NCBI GenBank assembly: GCA_020350885.1
Contig: CP070727.1
Span: 3,664,017 to 3,728,016, forward strand
Source: a bacterium
GTDB taxonomy: Bacteria > Krumholzibacteriota > Krumholzibacteriia > Krumholzibacteriales > Krumholzibacteriaceae
Direction of reading: 5' to 3'
DNA: 64,000 nt
Part shown: positions 39,561 through 48,522 of the stretch, one piece after another
How the letters are laid out: each line of letters opens with the position of its first letter
Position numbering within the stretch: the first letter of the stretch is position 1
Position numbers and translations under genes: made by a program
Notes under the pieces: model-generated
Database searches by the model: none
What the model was told of the DNA's origin: nothing
Seen by the model: only the letters and a program-made list of their open reading frames with translations

Positions 39561-40709
39561 TTATTGCTCTTTCTCGAGTTCCTCCAGCCGCTTCTTCAGA
39601 CGCTTCAGCTCCTTTTTGAGCTCCTGCATCTCTTTCTTGAATTCCACCTGATCGATGCTTTCTATTTCGGGGAGATCGTGCAGCTCGATCTCCGGCACCT
39701 CGATACTGTGATGCATCTTCAGGGGAGAGAGAAAGAAAGCCCCTTCCCAATCCTCGATCTCGACCGTAAAGGTCTTCTCCTTTCCGGATCGTATCGCCTT
39801 GACTGTGACCTCGTCTCCCTCCTCAAGATCGCGTACCACCTCGAGGACATCTTCGACCTCGGAGATATCCTCATCACCTACCATGACGATGACATCCCCG
39901 GACTTGATCCCGGCTTCATCGGCAGGGCTGCCCTCATGCACCTCGAGAACGAGGACCCCCTCATCCTCCTTGACCTTGAAATAACCGGCCAGATCCTCAT
40001 TCAGTTCCGCGAGCGTGAGTCCCAGCTTTCCCCTACCGGCAGAAGCGCTTTTCCAGTAGTAACCGAATGCCTTTCCAAAGTCCTTGGCCGATTTTCCCAG
40101 ATCTTGAGCGAAGTCCTCGATTCGTTCCCAATCGACCGAGGAGTACTGCGTTGCACGCTCGCCGATGGTAGCGGTGGTTTCGATCTTTTTACCGTCGCGG
40201 TAAAATCCGATCTCCACCTCTTCACCGGGCTTCTTCTTGTTAACCAGGGCCGAGAGGTGCGATGGGCAATCCACCTCCTTCCCGCCGAAGAGATAAATGA
40301 TATCGTCCTCCATGAGACCGGCTTCATCTGCCGGACTGTCCTCGACTACCTCCGAGATCAGCACGCCCTTCTTGTGGGGATAGTTACTCTTCCTGATGAG
40401 CTTCCGTGTCAGCTCTTCCATGTAGATCCCCAGGTATCCGCCCTTCTTCTTCGATTTGACGACCTTGATCTCCTTGTCCCCGTCGTCGTCTCCAACGACA
40501 ATCAATCCCTCCTCATCCTCCGTGATGATCTTGTCGGGGGAGGTAACGATTATCGTGGTCATACCGGGGTCTTCGTTGTGCGTTGCATCCGTGCGTACCA
40601 CATAGATGCCGTCCTGGCCGGAACGAATAATATCAGCCGAGGCTTGGCTTGTACTCACAAGGGCCGATGCCACGCAAACGGTGATCACGATTATCAATAG
40701 CTTTTTCAT
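39561..40709 (-). CDS. Secreted tandem-PDZ protein with C-terminal coiled coil
   Basis: It has a signal peptide (MKKLLIIVITVCVASALV). It has two PDZ domains (GGYLGIYMEEL...GVLISEVVEDSPADEAGL and GKLGLTLAEL...GVLVLEVHEGSPADEAGI). The K/E-rich heptad tail is KKEMQELKKELKRLKKRLEELEKEQ. There is no protease domain. Confidence 0.65.
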   Translation of the reverse strand: MKKLLIIVITVCVASALVSTSQASADIIRSGQDGIYVVRTDATHNEDPGMTTIIVTSPDKIITEDEEGLIVVGDDDGDKEIKVVKSKKKGGYLGIYMEELTRKLIRKSNYPHKKGVLISEVVEDSPADEAGLMEDDIIYLFGGKEVDCPSHLSALVNKKKPGEEVEIGFYRDGKKIETTATIGERATQYSSVDWERIEDFAQDLGKSAKDFGKAFGYYWKSASAGRGKLGLTLAELNEDLAGYFKVKEDEGVLVLEVHEGSPADEAGIKSGDVIVMVGDEDISEVEDVLEVVRDLEEGDEVTVKAIRSGKEKTFTVEIEDWEGAFFLSPLKMHHSIEVPEIELHDLPEIESIDQVEFKKEMQELKKELKRLKKRLEELEKEQ

Positions 40710-40878
40710 GACTTTCGCCGTCCCAGACGACCCCTCACCTCCTTTGTGCTCGTCTCGTGGGTCAACACGCATCCTTCCTGACATTTTTATTCGCAAGCAG
40801 GGCAAAAAGTTTCAATTTTTTTAGGGGTCTCCACGCACGTGCGCCTCGGTCTCCGCTTCGGCTCGACGAGCACCGAGA

Positions 40879-42027
40879 CTAACCCAGTAAGTCGTTGTAA
40901 ATACTTACTATCTTGTCGCCCCAGATATCGGTATCGAAGTTCTCCAGCACCCGGACCCTCGCCTTCCGGCCCAGCTCGGAGCGGCGATCGGATTCGGTGA
41001 GAAGTGTGGAGGCGGCTCTGAGGAAGCTATCCTCATCTCCCGGCTCTACGAGTTCACCGGCATCCGCCAGTATCACTCCGACATCACCAACATCGCTGGC
41101 GATGCACGCAACCCCGGAAGCCATCGCCTCCAGGAGCGCAAGCGGCACCCCCTCAGTGAGTGAGGGGAGGATGTAGCAATCGAAGAGGGGATAGAGACGC
41201 TCGGGCTCCTCCAAGAACCCTGGCATGGCAAGGATACGACCGATACCGCACGTTCGTGCAAGTGCGGTCAAGGTTTCACGCTCGTCCCCCTCGCCGATGA
41301 TCATGTACCGCACATCGCTTCCGTCCCCGGACATCGACTCGCTCAGCCTGGCAGCCATCCGTATGAAGAGGGGATAGTTCTTTACCGCCTTCAACCCGCC
41401 GACCGCCCCGACCAGGAGGCACGACTCGTGGTCCGTTCCGGGAAAATAGCGTTCGAATAGCGACCGCCGCGCCGCGCTCCTCTCACCCGGTTCCAAAGGC
41501 TTGAACCGTCTCGTATCGACCGCATTCGGCAGCACGATTACCGTCCCGTCCGGAAAACCCTGCCGCCGCGCTTCCCGGGCGGCATCCCGGCTTACGGTGA
41601 TGATCCTTTTGAACCGTGACCGCAGGCACCTGATGAGAGTCACGCGCCACCACGCAAACTCGAGACCGCTGCTGTGCCTCGTCGAGATGGCGGGCACGCC
41701 CGAGAGAATCGAAGCGCAGGCAGCCACGATCTCGGCATGGAAGAGATGGGAATGGATGATGTCGGGCCGGAACCGGTGCATGATGCGCCTAAGGGCAACC
41801 ACGCTCTTCGGACGGATCAGATCTCCGAGTGAGAAGAGTGGTATGCGAAAGAGTGAAATCCCCTCTTCGATGAGGTTCCGCTCGAGACCGTCCTCCACCA
41901 CCGAGAGGGTACAGACGGCACAGCTATACGCAGAGGCTTTGAGATGGCGGCACAGGTTCAGGAGATGGTTTTCAGCACCACCACCCTGTAAGGAGCTGAT
42001 AATGAAAAGGATACGATAGTTTTCCAT
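40879..42027 (-). CDS. Glycosyltransferase family 4 (GT-B, GT1 clan)
   Basis: ILFIISSLQGGGAENHLLNL is the N-terminal Gly-rich motif. EGVPLALLEAMASGVACIASD is the E-x7-E region. The start was chosen at the ATG at 42027 (MENYRILF). Confidence 0.8.
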   Translation of the reverse strand: MENYRILFIISSLQGGGAENHLLNLCRHLKASAYSCAVCTLSVVEDGLERNLIEEGISLFRIPLFSLGDLIRPKSVVALRRIMHRFRPDIIHSHLFHAEIVAACASILSGVPAISTRHSSGLEFAWWRVTLIRCLRSRFKRIITVSRDAAREARRQGFPDGTVIVLPNAVDTRRFKPLEPGERSAARRSLFERYFPGTDHESCLLVGAVGGLKAVKNYPLFIRMAARLSESMSGDGSDVRYMIIGEGDERETLTALARTCGIGRILAMPGFLEEPERLYPLFDCYILPSLTEGVPLALLEAMASGVACIASDVGDVGVILADAGELVEPGDEDSFLRAASTLLTESDRRSELGRKARVRVLENFDTDIWGDKIVSIYNDLLG

Positions 42028-42041
42028 GTAGAGAATTCGTG

Positions 42042-43322
42042 TTAGGTGATGCGCTCGATGTTCTCCACGCTCTTCCTGCTGTCGGAATAGGAAAGCTTCT
42101 GGCTCCCCTCGATAACACGGAGCTTCGTGGTGATATGCGAGTGTTCGTAGACGTCCCTCGTGGTCTCGGCCTTTTCCCAGGCGGAACAACGGCTGCCACC
42201 GAGATAGGTGAGAATGGCCGTAAGTGCCGCACCATTCACGAGCACGAAGTAGAACGGCACGAAGAAGACCCGCGATTGAATCCTTCCCCGCCGCAGGAGA
42301 GAACCGATAATCGCCAGTATGTAGAAGATATTCTGCAGGATGAATAGTGTGAGGAAGAATGGTTGCGATACGAGCACCAGATTGGTGAAGTACAGCAGCG
42401 GTAGCATCGGCCCGATCCACCACCTGAGGAGTTTCCTCGATACGAACTGGAATATCCTCAGATGCCCGCCAAAACAGCTTCTCAGGGACCTGAATCCGGT
42501 CAATCCACGAACGATGATGCGGCGCTTGCGGGCGAATTCCTCCCGGAAGAAATAGGTCGATTTCTCGTATGCGACTGCCTCTCGCTCGTATACGACGTCA
42601 TACCCTTGATTGGCGACCTCGGCGGGAAGCTGAAAGTCGTTGGCGACATTACTGATAACGGGGCGGAACAGCTCCCTTCTGATGGCGAATATCGTACCGG
42701 TTCCGACAAGGACCGACCCGACCCGGCTCTCGAGCCGGTTCAGAAGCGATTCGTACCGCCAGTACAGGTTCTCACCCTTCCCGACGTACGAGTGGTTGCT
42801 GAGATAGACGAGCCTTCCAACGACACACCCGACATCCTCGTCCGCAAAGTTCTTGACGAGTTGTTGTATGGCATCCTCCCGGTAGAAGGCATTGGCGTCC
42901 GAGAAGACAAGGATATCATCATCGAGGCCGAGTACCGCACGGTTCAGCGTGGCGCTCTTGCCTTCCCTCGTATCGAAGGCCTTCAATACAAGATTCACAC
43001 CCTCGTAGCTACGCACGACGTCGTTGGTCTCGTCCATCGATCCATCACTCGCAATAACGATCTTGAGACGATCCCTCGGGTAATCGAGCTTCAGGCTGTT
43101 CTCGATCTTTTCCCTGATGATGCGTTCCTCGTTGTAGGCGGATATGATGAGGGCTACGCTCGGTACGTAGCGTTCATTCGAGGAGTGGCGGCGCCTTCTG
43201 AACAACCCGACGACGGCGAGTGCGAGCGGGTATCCGGCATAGACATACAGGATAACACTTATCACAGCGAGAAACAGGAGCTTCGCCGCAACCTGCATTT
43301 CAGCCTCCACAGATGTGGGCAA
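42042..43322 (-). CDS. Membrane glycosyltransferase family 2 (processive PgaC/CESA-like)
   Basis: N-terminal TM helices are followed by the GT-A domain (ALIISAYNEE, DGSMD, VFSDAN for D,D,D). C-terminal TM helices follow. Confidence 0.8.
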   Translation of the reverse strand: MPTSVEAEMQVAAKLLFLAVISVILYVYAGYPLALAVVGLFRRRRHSSNERYVPSVALIISAYNEERIIREKIENSLKLDYPRDRLKIVIASDGSMDETNDVVRSYEGVNLVLKAFDTREGKSATLNRAVLGLDDDILVFSDANAFYREDAIQQLVKNFADEDVGCVVGRLVYLSNHSYVGKGENLYWRYESLLNRLESRVGSVLVGTGTIFAIRRELFRPVISNVANDFQLPAEVANQGYDVVYEREAVAYEKSTYFFREEFARKRRIIVRGLTGFRSLRSCFGGHLRIFQFVSRKLLRWWIGPMLPLLYFTNLVLVSQPFFLTLFILQNIFYILAIIGSLLRRGRIQSRVFFVPFYFVLVNGAALTAILTYLGGSRCSAWEKAETTRDVYEHSHITTKLRVIEGSQKLSYSDSRKSVENIERIT

Positions 43323-43536
43323 GGTGACCTATTAATAACATACCCCGGTAAATCTGCAAAAGATTTTTTTCCGGGGTATCCATAAATAAAACGCTCCCGT
43401 TTTCATCCCATAGGGATTTCTGATTCCCTACATGTACCAAAAACAGTAGCGTTCTATCTATAAGGCTCCTCTTTATTACAAAATAATTGCTTACATGGCC
43501 GCTGTCAATACAGAGACCGGCATTCGGAGGAAAATT

Positions 43537-46500
43537 TTATCGCATGATAATGAGCTTCCTCGTCTCACTCACGCCGGTACTTGTTACCAATCTATAGAAA
43601 TAGATGCCACTTGCAACGCTGCGGCCGTAATTGTTCTTCCCCTCCCAGCCGACTTCGTACCTGCCCGGTCTGCGATGACCGCCGAGGAGGGTCCGCACGA
43701 GTGCTCCCCGGCTATCGAAGATCGAAAGCTCCACGGTACACTCATGGGAGATGTCGTACCGTATGATCGTCGCCGGATTGAAGGGGTTCGGGTAGTTCTG
43801 GTGAAGGGCGGTCCGCTGAGGCGGTGTAGGGAACACATCTTCGTTCTCGTCTATGAACTCTGTGCTCCCGACTATCAGGACGAAGCGGGTCTCCCGCTCG
43901 AACGAGACGGGTGTGCGGGAGCCGAGATGGAATCCGTATGTTCCCTCCTCCTTCAGATCGGCCACGGTTCCGAGGTGCCTGTCGATGAGATAGATACGTG
44001 CATGGGAAGGCAGCCGCTCTAACCCGGTGAAGGACAGATCCACGGGGTCGCCGGCGGTCTCTACGGTAAAGTTCTTCGCCACATCGAAGTGCCAGATATG
44101 ACCCCAAAGGTCCTCCTCCCTTCCGATACCCTCCACAAGGGAGCGGGGGAGTACCCCATACCCTCCCCTGATGTCGACCGCATACCGCCCGGGATTCCGG
44201 CGCCAGCCCCCATGGGGAAAGTAGAGCGACACGGAACGTCCCGGGCTCATGGGTGGCTCGGAACGATCGAGCGGATCCTTTGTACTGACGGCTCGGTGGC
44301 GTACTCCCAGGGCATTCTCGATATCGCATGCGCCCTCAGTCCGCGCCTGAATCGTCAGCATCCACTCGTCCTCACCGAGCCCGTCATCCATCTGCGAGAG
44401 ATGGTCCGCCGATGCGATCTCCGGCTGACCCTGCGGTGCCTCATCCGGCGGAATGCTGAGTATGATGATGGTGTCGCGCAGGTTCTTGACCCAGTACCCC
44501 ACGAAGGGCTCCAGCATGTCCGTCCCGAAGAGATACCCGTCCTTCTCCCAGCGCACAGGCGGCTCGAGAACCGTCCCCACAGCCTCCGCCATCGCAAGAA
44601 GCGGTCCGCCGAGCGTATCGACACGTACCGAATCCCACGCGACCGGGAAGGCGAACGGCGTACCGATCATGTTGTATCCGGGAACGAGTGGAAGTGCGAA
44701 GGGGCCGCCGGTCGGTGTCGAAAGCCCCCGGGCCGGACCGGTTCCGATCTGGTGGCGATCCCGTGAGATGAGCCAGTAGGCCCGGCCCTGCTCGAATGAT
44801 TGCACGGTCTCATTCGGCACCTCGACATAGGCCGAATCGAGCGAATCGTATAGAAAGAGGCGCCACAGCGTGATATCGACCGGACCGAGATCGTCGATGA
44901 GAGCTCCCTCGATGGTCCCCTCCATGTCGAGGGGTATCGACATCATCCGGTATGTGCCCCCCGGATGCTCCCGGGCCTCCACGAGATCCTCCACCGTCAC
45001 CTGTAACGTCTTCGGATTGGTGATCATATCCGATGCCGGATCGGAGAGCGTGCTCGTAAGGGTCTGAATCTCCGCCCAGTACTCGATACCTCTGGCCCCC
45101 ACGATCGTATCGGGGATCGTCGCAAACGGAAGCGGGTCACCGTGTCCGAAATCGAACGTTTCGAAACCCACGGTGCCCCCCCGGCGTACATGAAGATCCC
45201 CCGCACTGAAGTGCGCACCGACGGGGAGGCTTACCTGGACGAGCACATCCCTGCCCGTGATGAAGTCCTGGCCCTCGTTCGGAATCGGTGTCGCCGTGAC
45301 GGATATCGGAGGTACGACTGGCCGGTACCACACGGAATCAGGCGCATTGGGCGGATCGGTCGTGAAGACGCCGCTGTTCTCGACACGGATGTAGTATTCG
45401 AGCCCCGCCTCCGTAACGGCCTCGCCCGGTATCACTACCATGAATGCGTCCTGTAATCTGGTGAGCGCTACGCTGTCCGCAAACACTCCGTCGGCGGCCG
45501 GGCGGTGGTACAGGTATCCCCTCTCGACACGGACATCGGGTGCGGGTGTCACGATCACGGTAACCGCCTCCCCGAGCGGCAGCTCATCCGCCTGCGCGAG
45601 AAGCATCGACTCGATCTCGAGGGCACGTATATCGGCCGTCACCGGGATGGCGATCTCCTGGCGGAGGGGATCGTTGCTTGCGATCCGCATCTCTCCCGAG
45701 GCAGAGAGGATCGTGCGCGGCTCGAGAAATACGCTGATCGTATCGGCTTCACCGGGGGCGACCGAGAGCGGGATCGTCTCCCCGATACGCATCTCGGGAG
45801 AAGGCAGCACGACTCCGGTCGCGGTGAGCACCAGGTTGCCACTGTTTTCGATCTCGATTTCGAGCGAGCAGGTATCACCGACATTGACCGTCGGAAAGGC
45901 GAGGGAGTCCGGTGCGGCCTCTATGGCCGGGCGGCTCGGGACGATCCGACCGACCCTCTTGTGATACGATGTGACATGCTGGCCCAGGCTGACCGAGGCG
46001 GGGATCGAGACGACCCTGAGCCGCAGGACGACGTCCCTCGAATCGAACGGCACGAGAGTAACATCACAATCGAGCGAATCCGGAACGCCTACTGGCGAGG
46101 TCCCGACAGGGCCCACGGGTATCGATGAGCCCAGTACCTCGAGGGGATACCACGTGGGCTCGCCCTCGAATTGATAGGCGGGGACGATCCAGGCTCTATC
46201 CGACTCGACATCGAAGCCGGTATACCAGATACGGTACGTGTTCATATCGACCTTCCGGACCTTCACAAAACGCAGGAAGGCGGGATTATCCGGGAGCTGA
46301 TTCGTCGGCGCGAGCAGGTCCCCCCGGTAGGCGGGGGTCCTGAGACCGGGGAACAGCTCGTTGTCGTGCCCGTCGTTTCCGCACACGAGGTCGAGGTCGC
46401 CATCGGCATCGACATCTCCGAGTGCCATCGAGTAGGTGATATACTCCTTGGTGACAGACCAGTATTGATACATCTGGAAGAGACCATCGTCGTTCAGGTA

Positions 46501-48522
46501 TACCCCGTAGAATCTTACATTTCCACACACCATATCGAGATCGCCGTCATTGTCGAGATCACCGAGAGAGATGCTATAGTCTCCCCCATAGGCGGACGTC
46601 CATGCAGGCGAGGATTGAAAGAGACCACCGTCGTTCAGGTACAATCTACTCGGGGCGCGCATGTTTGCACATACGAGGTCGAGTCGGCCGTCGTAGTCGA
46701 TATCCCCCAGCGCGACACACGCCGTTCCCGACGAAGGGGTCGATGACCACTCCGGCACCCCCCCGAAAACCTCCCCCCCGTTGAGATACAGTGTATTCTG
46801 CCCCATGTTGCCGCAAGCCAGATCCAGGTCCCCGTCGCCATCTGTATCCCCCAGAGCTATGGAGAAGGTGTTTAAACTCTCGGACTGCCAATCAGGAGGT
46901 TCACTGAACACACCGTCTTTGTTCAGGTACAGCCTGTTCCCATTCGGGTCGCCGCACAAGATATCGGTATACCCGTCACCATTGATATCATCCAGCACGA
47001 GGCTCTCGCCACCCTCAAAATCGGAAACCCACGAAGGCTCACTGGGGAAGGTTCCGCCGTCGTTCTCGTAGAGCTGCATCGAAACCCCCGGTGAGCCTCC
47101 CCAGAGGAGATCGAGATCCCCGTCATTGTCGACATCACCGAGAGCCGCCCCGGCGCTTACATCTCCTGAGGTCCAGAAGGGGGTATCCTCGAAGGTTGCG
47201 CCGTTGTTACGGTACATCGCGTTGTTGGGCCCACCGCCGGCCACGAGATCGGGGGCATCGTCTCCATTCAGGTCCCCCAGTACGACGACCATGGTCTGGT
47301 TTGACGGCAAGCCCGCCGACCATGTGGGCTCGGCCGGGAAGAGGTACCCGTTGTTCGTGTAGAGGGTGCTGACCTCTTGGTTGCCGAAGACGAGATCGAG
47401 ATCGCCGTCGCCGTCGACATCCGCGAAACCCATCCCCTCCGATTGGAACGACGGGGCCGTAGACCAGGCCGCAGCCGATTGGAGGCTGTCCCCGAGGTTG
47501 AGGTAGAGCCTGTTCGGTCCTTCGTTTGCGACGGCGAGATCGAGATCGCCGTCGCCGTCGGCATCACCCAGTTCGAGGGAATACGTCGTATCCGCCTCCT
47601 GGGATGTCCAGGAGGGGGTTTCCTCGAAGAGACCGCCAATGTTCATGTAGACGGTATTCGGCTCCATGTAGCTACCGCAGACGAGATCGAGGAGTCCGTC
47701 GCCGTTGATGTCGCCGAGGGCGAGGCATGCAGTCATCTCTTCCGGAATCGATTGCCATGAAGGAACGGTCCGCAGCGAATCGCCGTCGTTCAGGTAGAGC
47801 TCGTTCGCCTGGCCTAAGTTGCCGCACACGAGGTCCAGGTCGTTGTCGTTATCGATATCCCCCAGCGCGACGGCTGTTGTCCACATCGTGGCTCCCGCCG
47901 ACCAGGCCGGCTGCTGCGGAAAGGTCCCGTCCCCGTTGTTCAGAAAGAGCTTGTTCTGCTGAAAAAGGTTTCCGCAGACGAGGTCGAGGTGCCCGTCGCC
48001 GTTCACGTCGGCGAATGCGATACCGAATGTGCTGTCGGGGGATTCCGAGATCCATGCCGGCTCCTCCTGAAACACGCCCCCGTCACCGAGATACAACTTG
48101 TTATATCTGATACCCTCGAGGCCCCCGCAGGTGAAGATGTCGAGATCGCCGTCCCTATCCACATCACCGAGTGCGAACCGTAAACAGTCTATCGGACTCG
48201 ACGTCCAGAACGGCATGAGATCAAATACACGACCGTTGTTTCGGTATAGGGTCAGGTCACCGCCGGTAGCGATAATCAGGTCGAGGTCACCGTCACGGTC
48301 CAGGTCACAGAGCGCAGCATATTCCGCTCCCGCGGCTGTACCCGAAGTCCAGACGGGATCGACCGGGAATGGGGGCTCCTGCCCCTGGCATGGAACAGAA
48401 GCGGCAATGACAACAAGAAACGCAAGAACCGTTACGGTAAGACAAAACCGTGAAGCGGACGCCTGTACAACCGCGTACCTGCCCCGTCTGCGGGGATAGA
48501 TATGAGATCTTTCCATTTCCAT
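43537..48522 (-). CDS. Giant secreted FG-GAP/VCBS-repeat protein with T9SS C-terminal sorting domain
   Basis: It has a signal peptide (FCLTVTVLAFLVVIAASVPCQGQ). There are more than 14 repeats of the Ca-binding D-x-D-x-DG-x-x-D-L FG-GAP signature (GDVDRDGDLDIF, GDIDNDNDLDLV...). The C-terminus QNYPNPFNPATIIRYDI...GIYFYRL is a type-A T9SS C-terminal domain. The ATG at 48522 overlaps the kinase gene's TGA stop (TGATG). Confidence 0.85.
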   Translation of the reverse strand: MEMERSHIYPRRRGRYAVVQASASRFCLTVTVLAFLVVIAASVPCQGQEPPFPVDPVWTSGTAAGAEYAALCDLDRDGDLDLIIATGGDLTLYRNNGRVFDLMPFWTSSPIDCLRFALGDVDRDGDLDIFTCGGLEGIRYNKLYLGDGGVFQEEPAWISESPDSTFGIAFADVNGDGHLDLVCGNLFQQNKLFLNNGDGTFPQQPAWSAGATMWTTAVALGDIDNDNDLDLVCGNLGQANELYLNDGDSLRTVPSWQSIPEEMTACLALGDINGDGLLDLVCGSYMEPNTVYMNIGGLFEETPSWTSQEADTTYSLELGDADGDGDLDLAVANEGPNRLYLNLGDSLQSAAAWSTAPSFQSEGMGFADVDGDGDLDLVFGNQEVSTLYTNNGYLFPAEPTWSAGLPSNQTMVVVLGDLNGDDAPDLVAGGGPNNAMYRNNGATFEDTPFWTSGDVSAGAALGDVDNDGDLDLLWGGSPGVSMQLYENDGGTFPSEPSWVSDFEGGESLVLDDINGDGYTDILCGDPNGNRLYLNKDGVFSEPPDWQSESLNTFSIALGDTDGDGDLDLACGNMGQNTLYLNGGEVFGGVPEWSSTPSSGTACVALGDIDYDGRLDLVCANMRAPSRLYLNDGGLFQSSPAWTSAYGGDYSISLGDLDNDGDLDMVCGNVRFYGVYLNDDGLFQMYQYWSVTKEYITYSMALGDVDADGDLDLVCGNDGHDNELFPGLRTPAYRGDLLAPTNQLPDNPAFLRFVKVRKVDMNTYRIWYTGFDVESDRAWIVPAYQFEGEPTWYPLEVLGSSIPVGPVGTSPVGVPDSLDCDVTLVPFDSRDVVLRLRVVSIPASVSLGQHVTSYHKRVGRIVPSRPAIEAAPDSLAFPTVNVGDTCSLEIEIENSGNLVLTATGVVLPSPEMRIGETIPLSVAPGEADTISVFLEPRTILSASGEMRIASNDPLRQEIAIPVTADIRALEIESMLLAQADELPLGEAVTVIVTPAPDVRVERGYLYHRPAADGVFADSVALTRLQDAFMVVIPGEAVTEAGLEYYIRVENSGVFTTDPPNAPDSVWYRPVVPPISVTATPIPNEGQDFITGRDVLVQVSLPVGAHFSAGDLHVRRGGTVGFETFDFGHGDPLPFATIPDTIVGARGIEYWAEIQTLTSTLSDPASDMITNPKTLQVTVEDLVEAREHPGGTYRMMSIPLDMEGTIEGALIDDLGPVDITLWRLFLYDSLDSAYVEVPNETVQSFEQGRAYWLISRDRHQIGTGPARGLSTPTGGPFALPLVPGYNMIGTPFAFPVAWDSVRVDTLGGPLLAMAEAVGTVLEPPVRWEKDGYLFGTDMLEPFVGYWVKNLRDTIIILSIPPDEAPQGQPEIASADHLSQMDDGLGEDEWMLTIQARTEGACDIENALGVRHRAVSTKDPLDRSEPPMSPGRSVSLYFPHGGWRRNPGRYAVDIRGGYGVLPRSLVEGIGREEDLWGHIWHFDVAKNFTVETAGDPVDLSFTGLERLPSHARIYLIDRHLGTVADLKEEGTYGFHLGSRTPVSFERETRFVLIVGSTEFIDENEDVFPTPPQRTALHQNYPNPFNPATIIRYDISHECTVELSIFDSRGALVRTLLGGHRRPGRYEVGWEGKNNYGRSVASGIYFYRLVTSTGVSETRKLIIMR

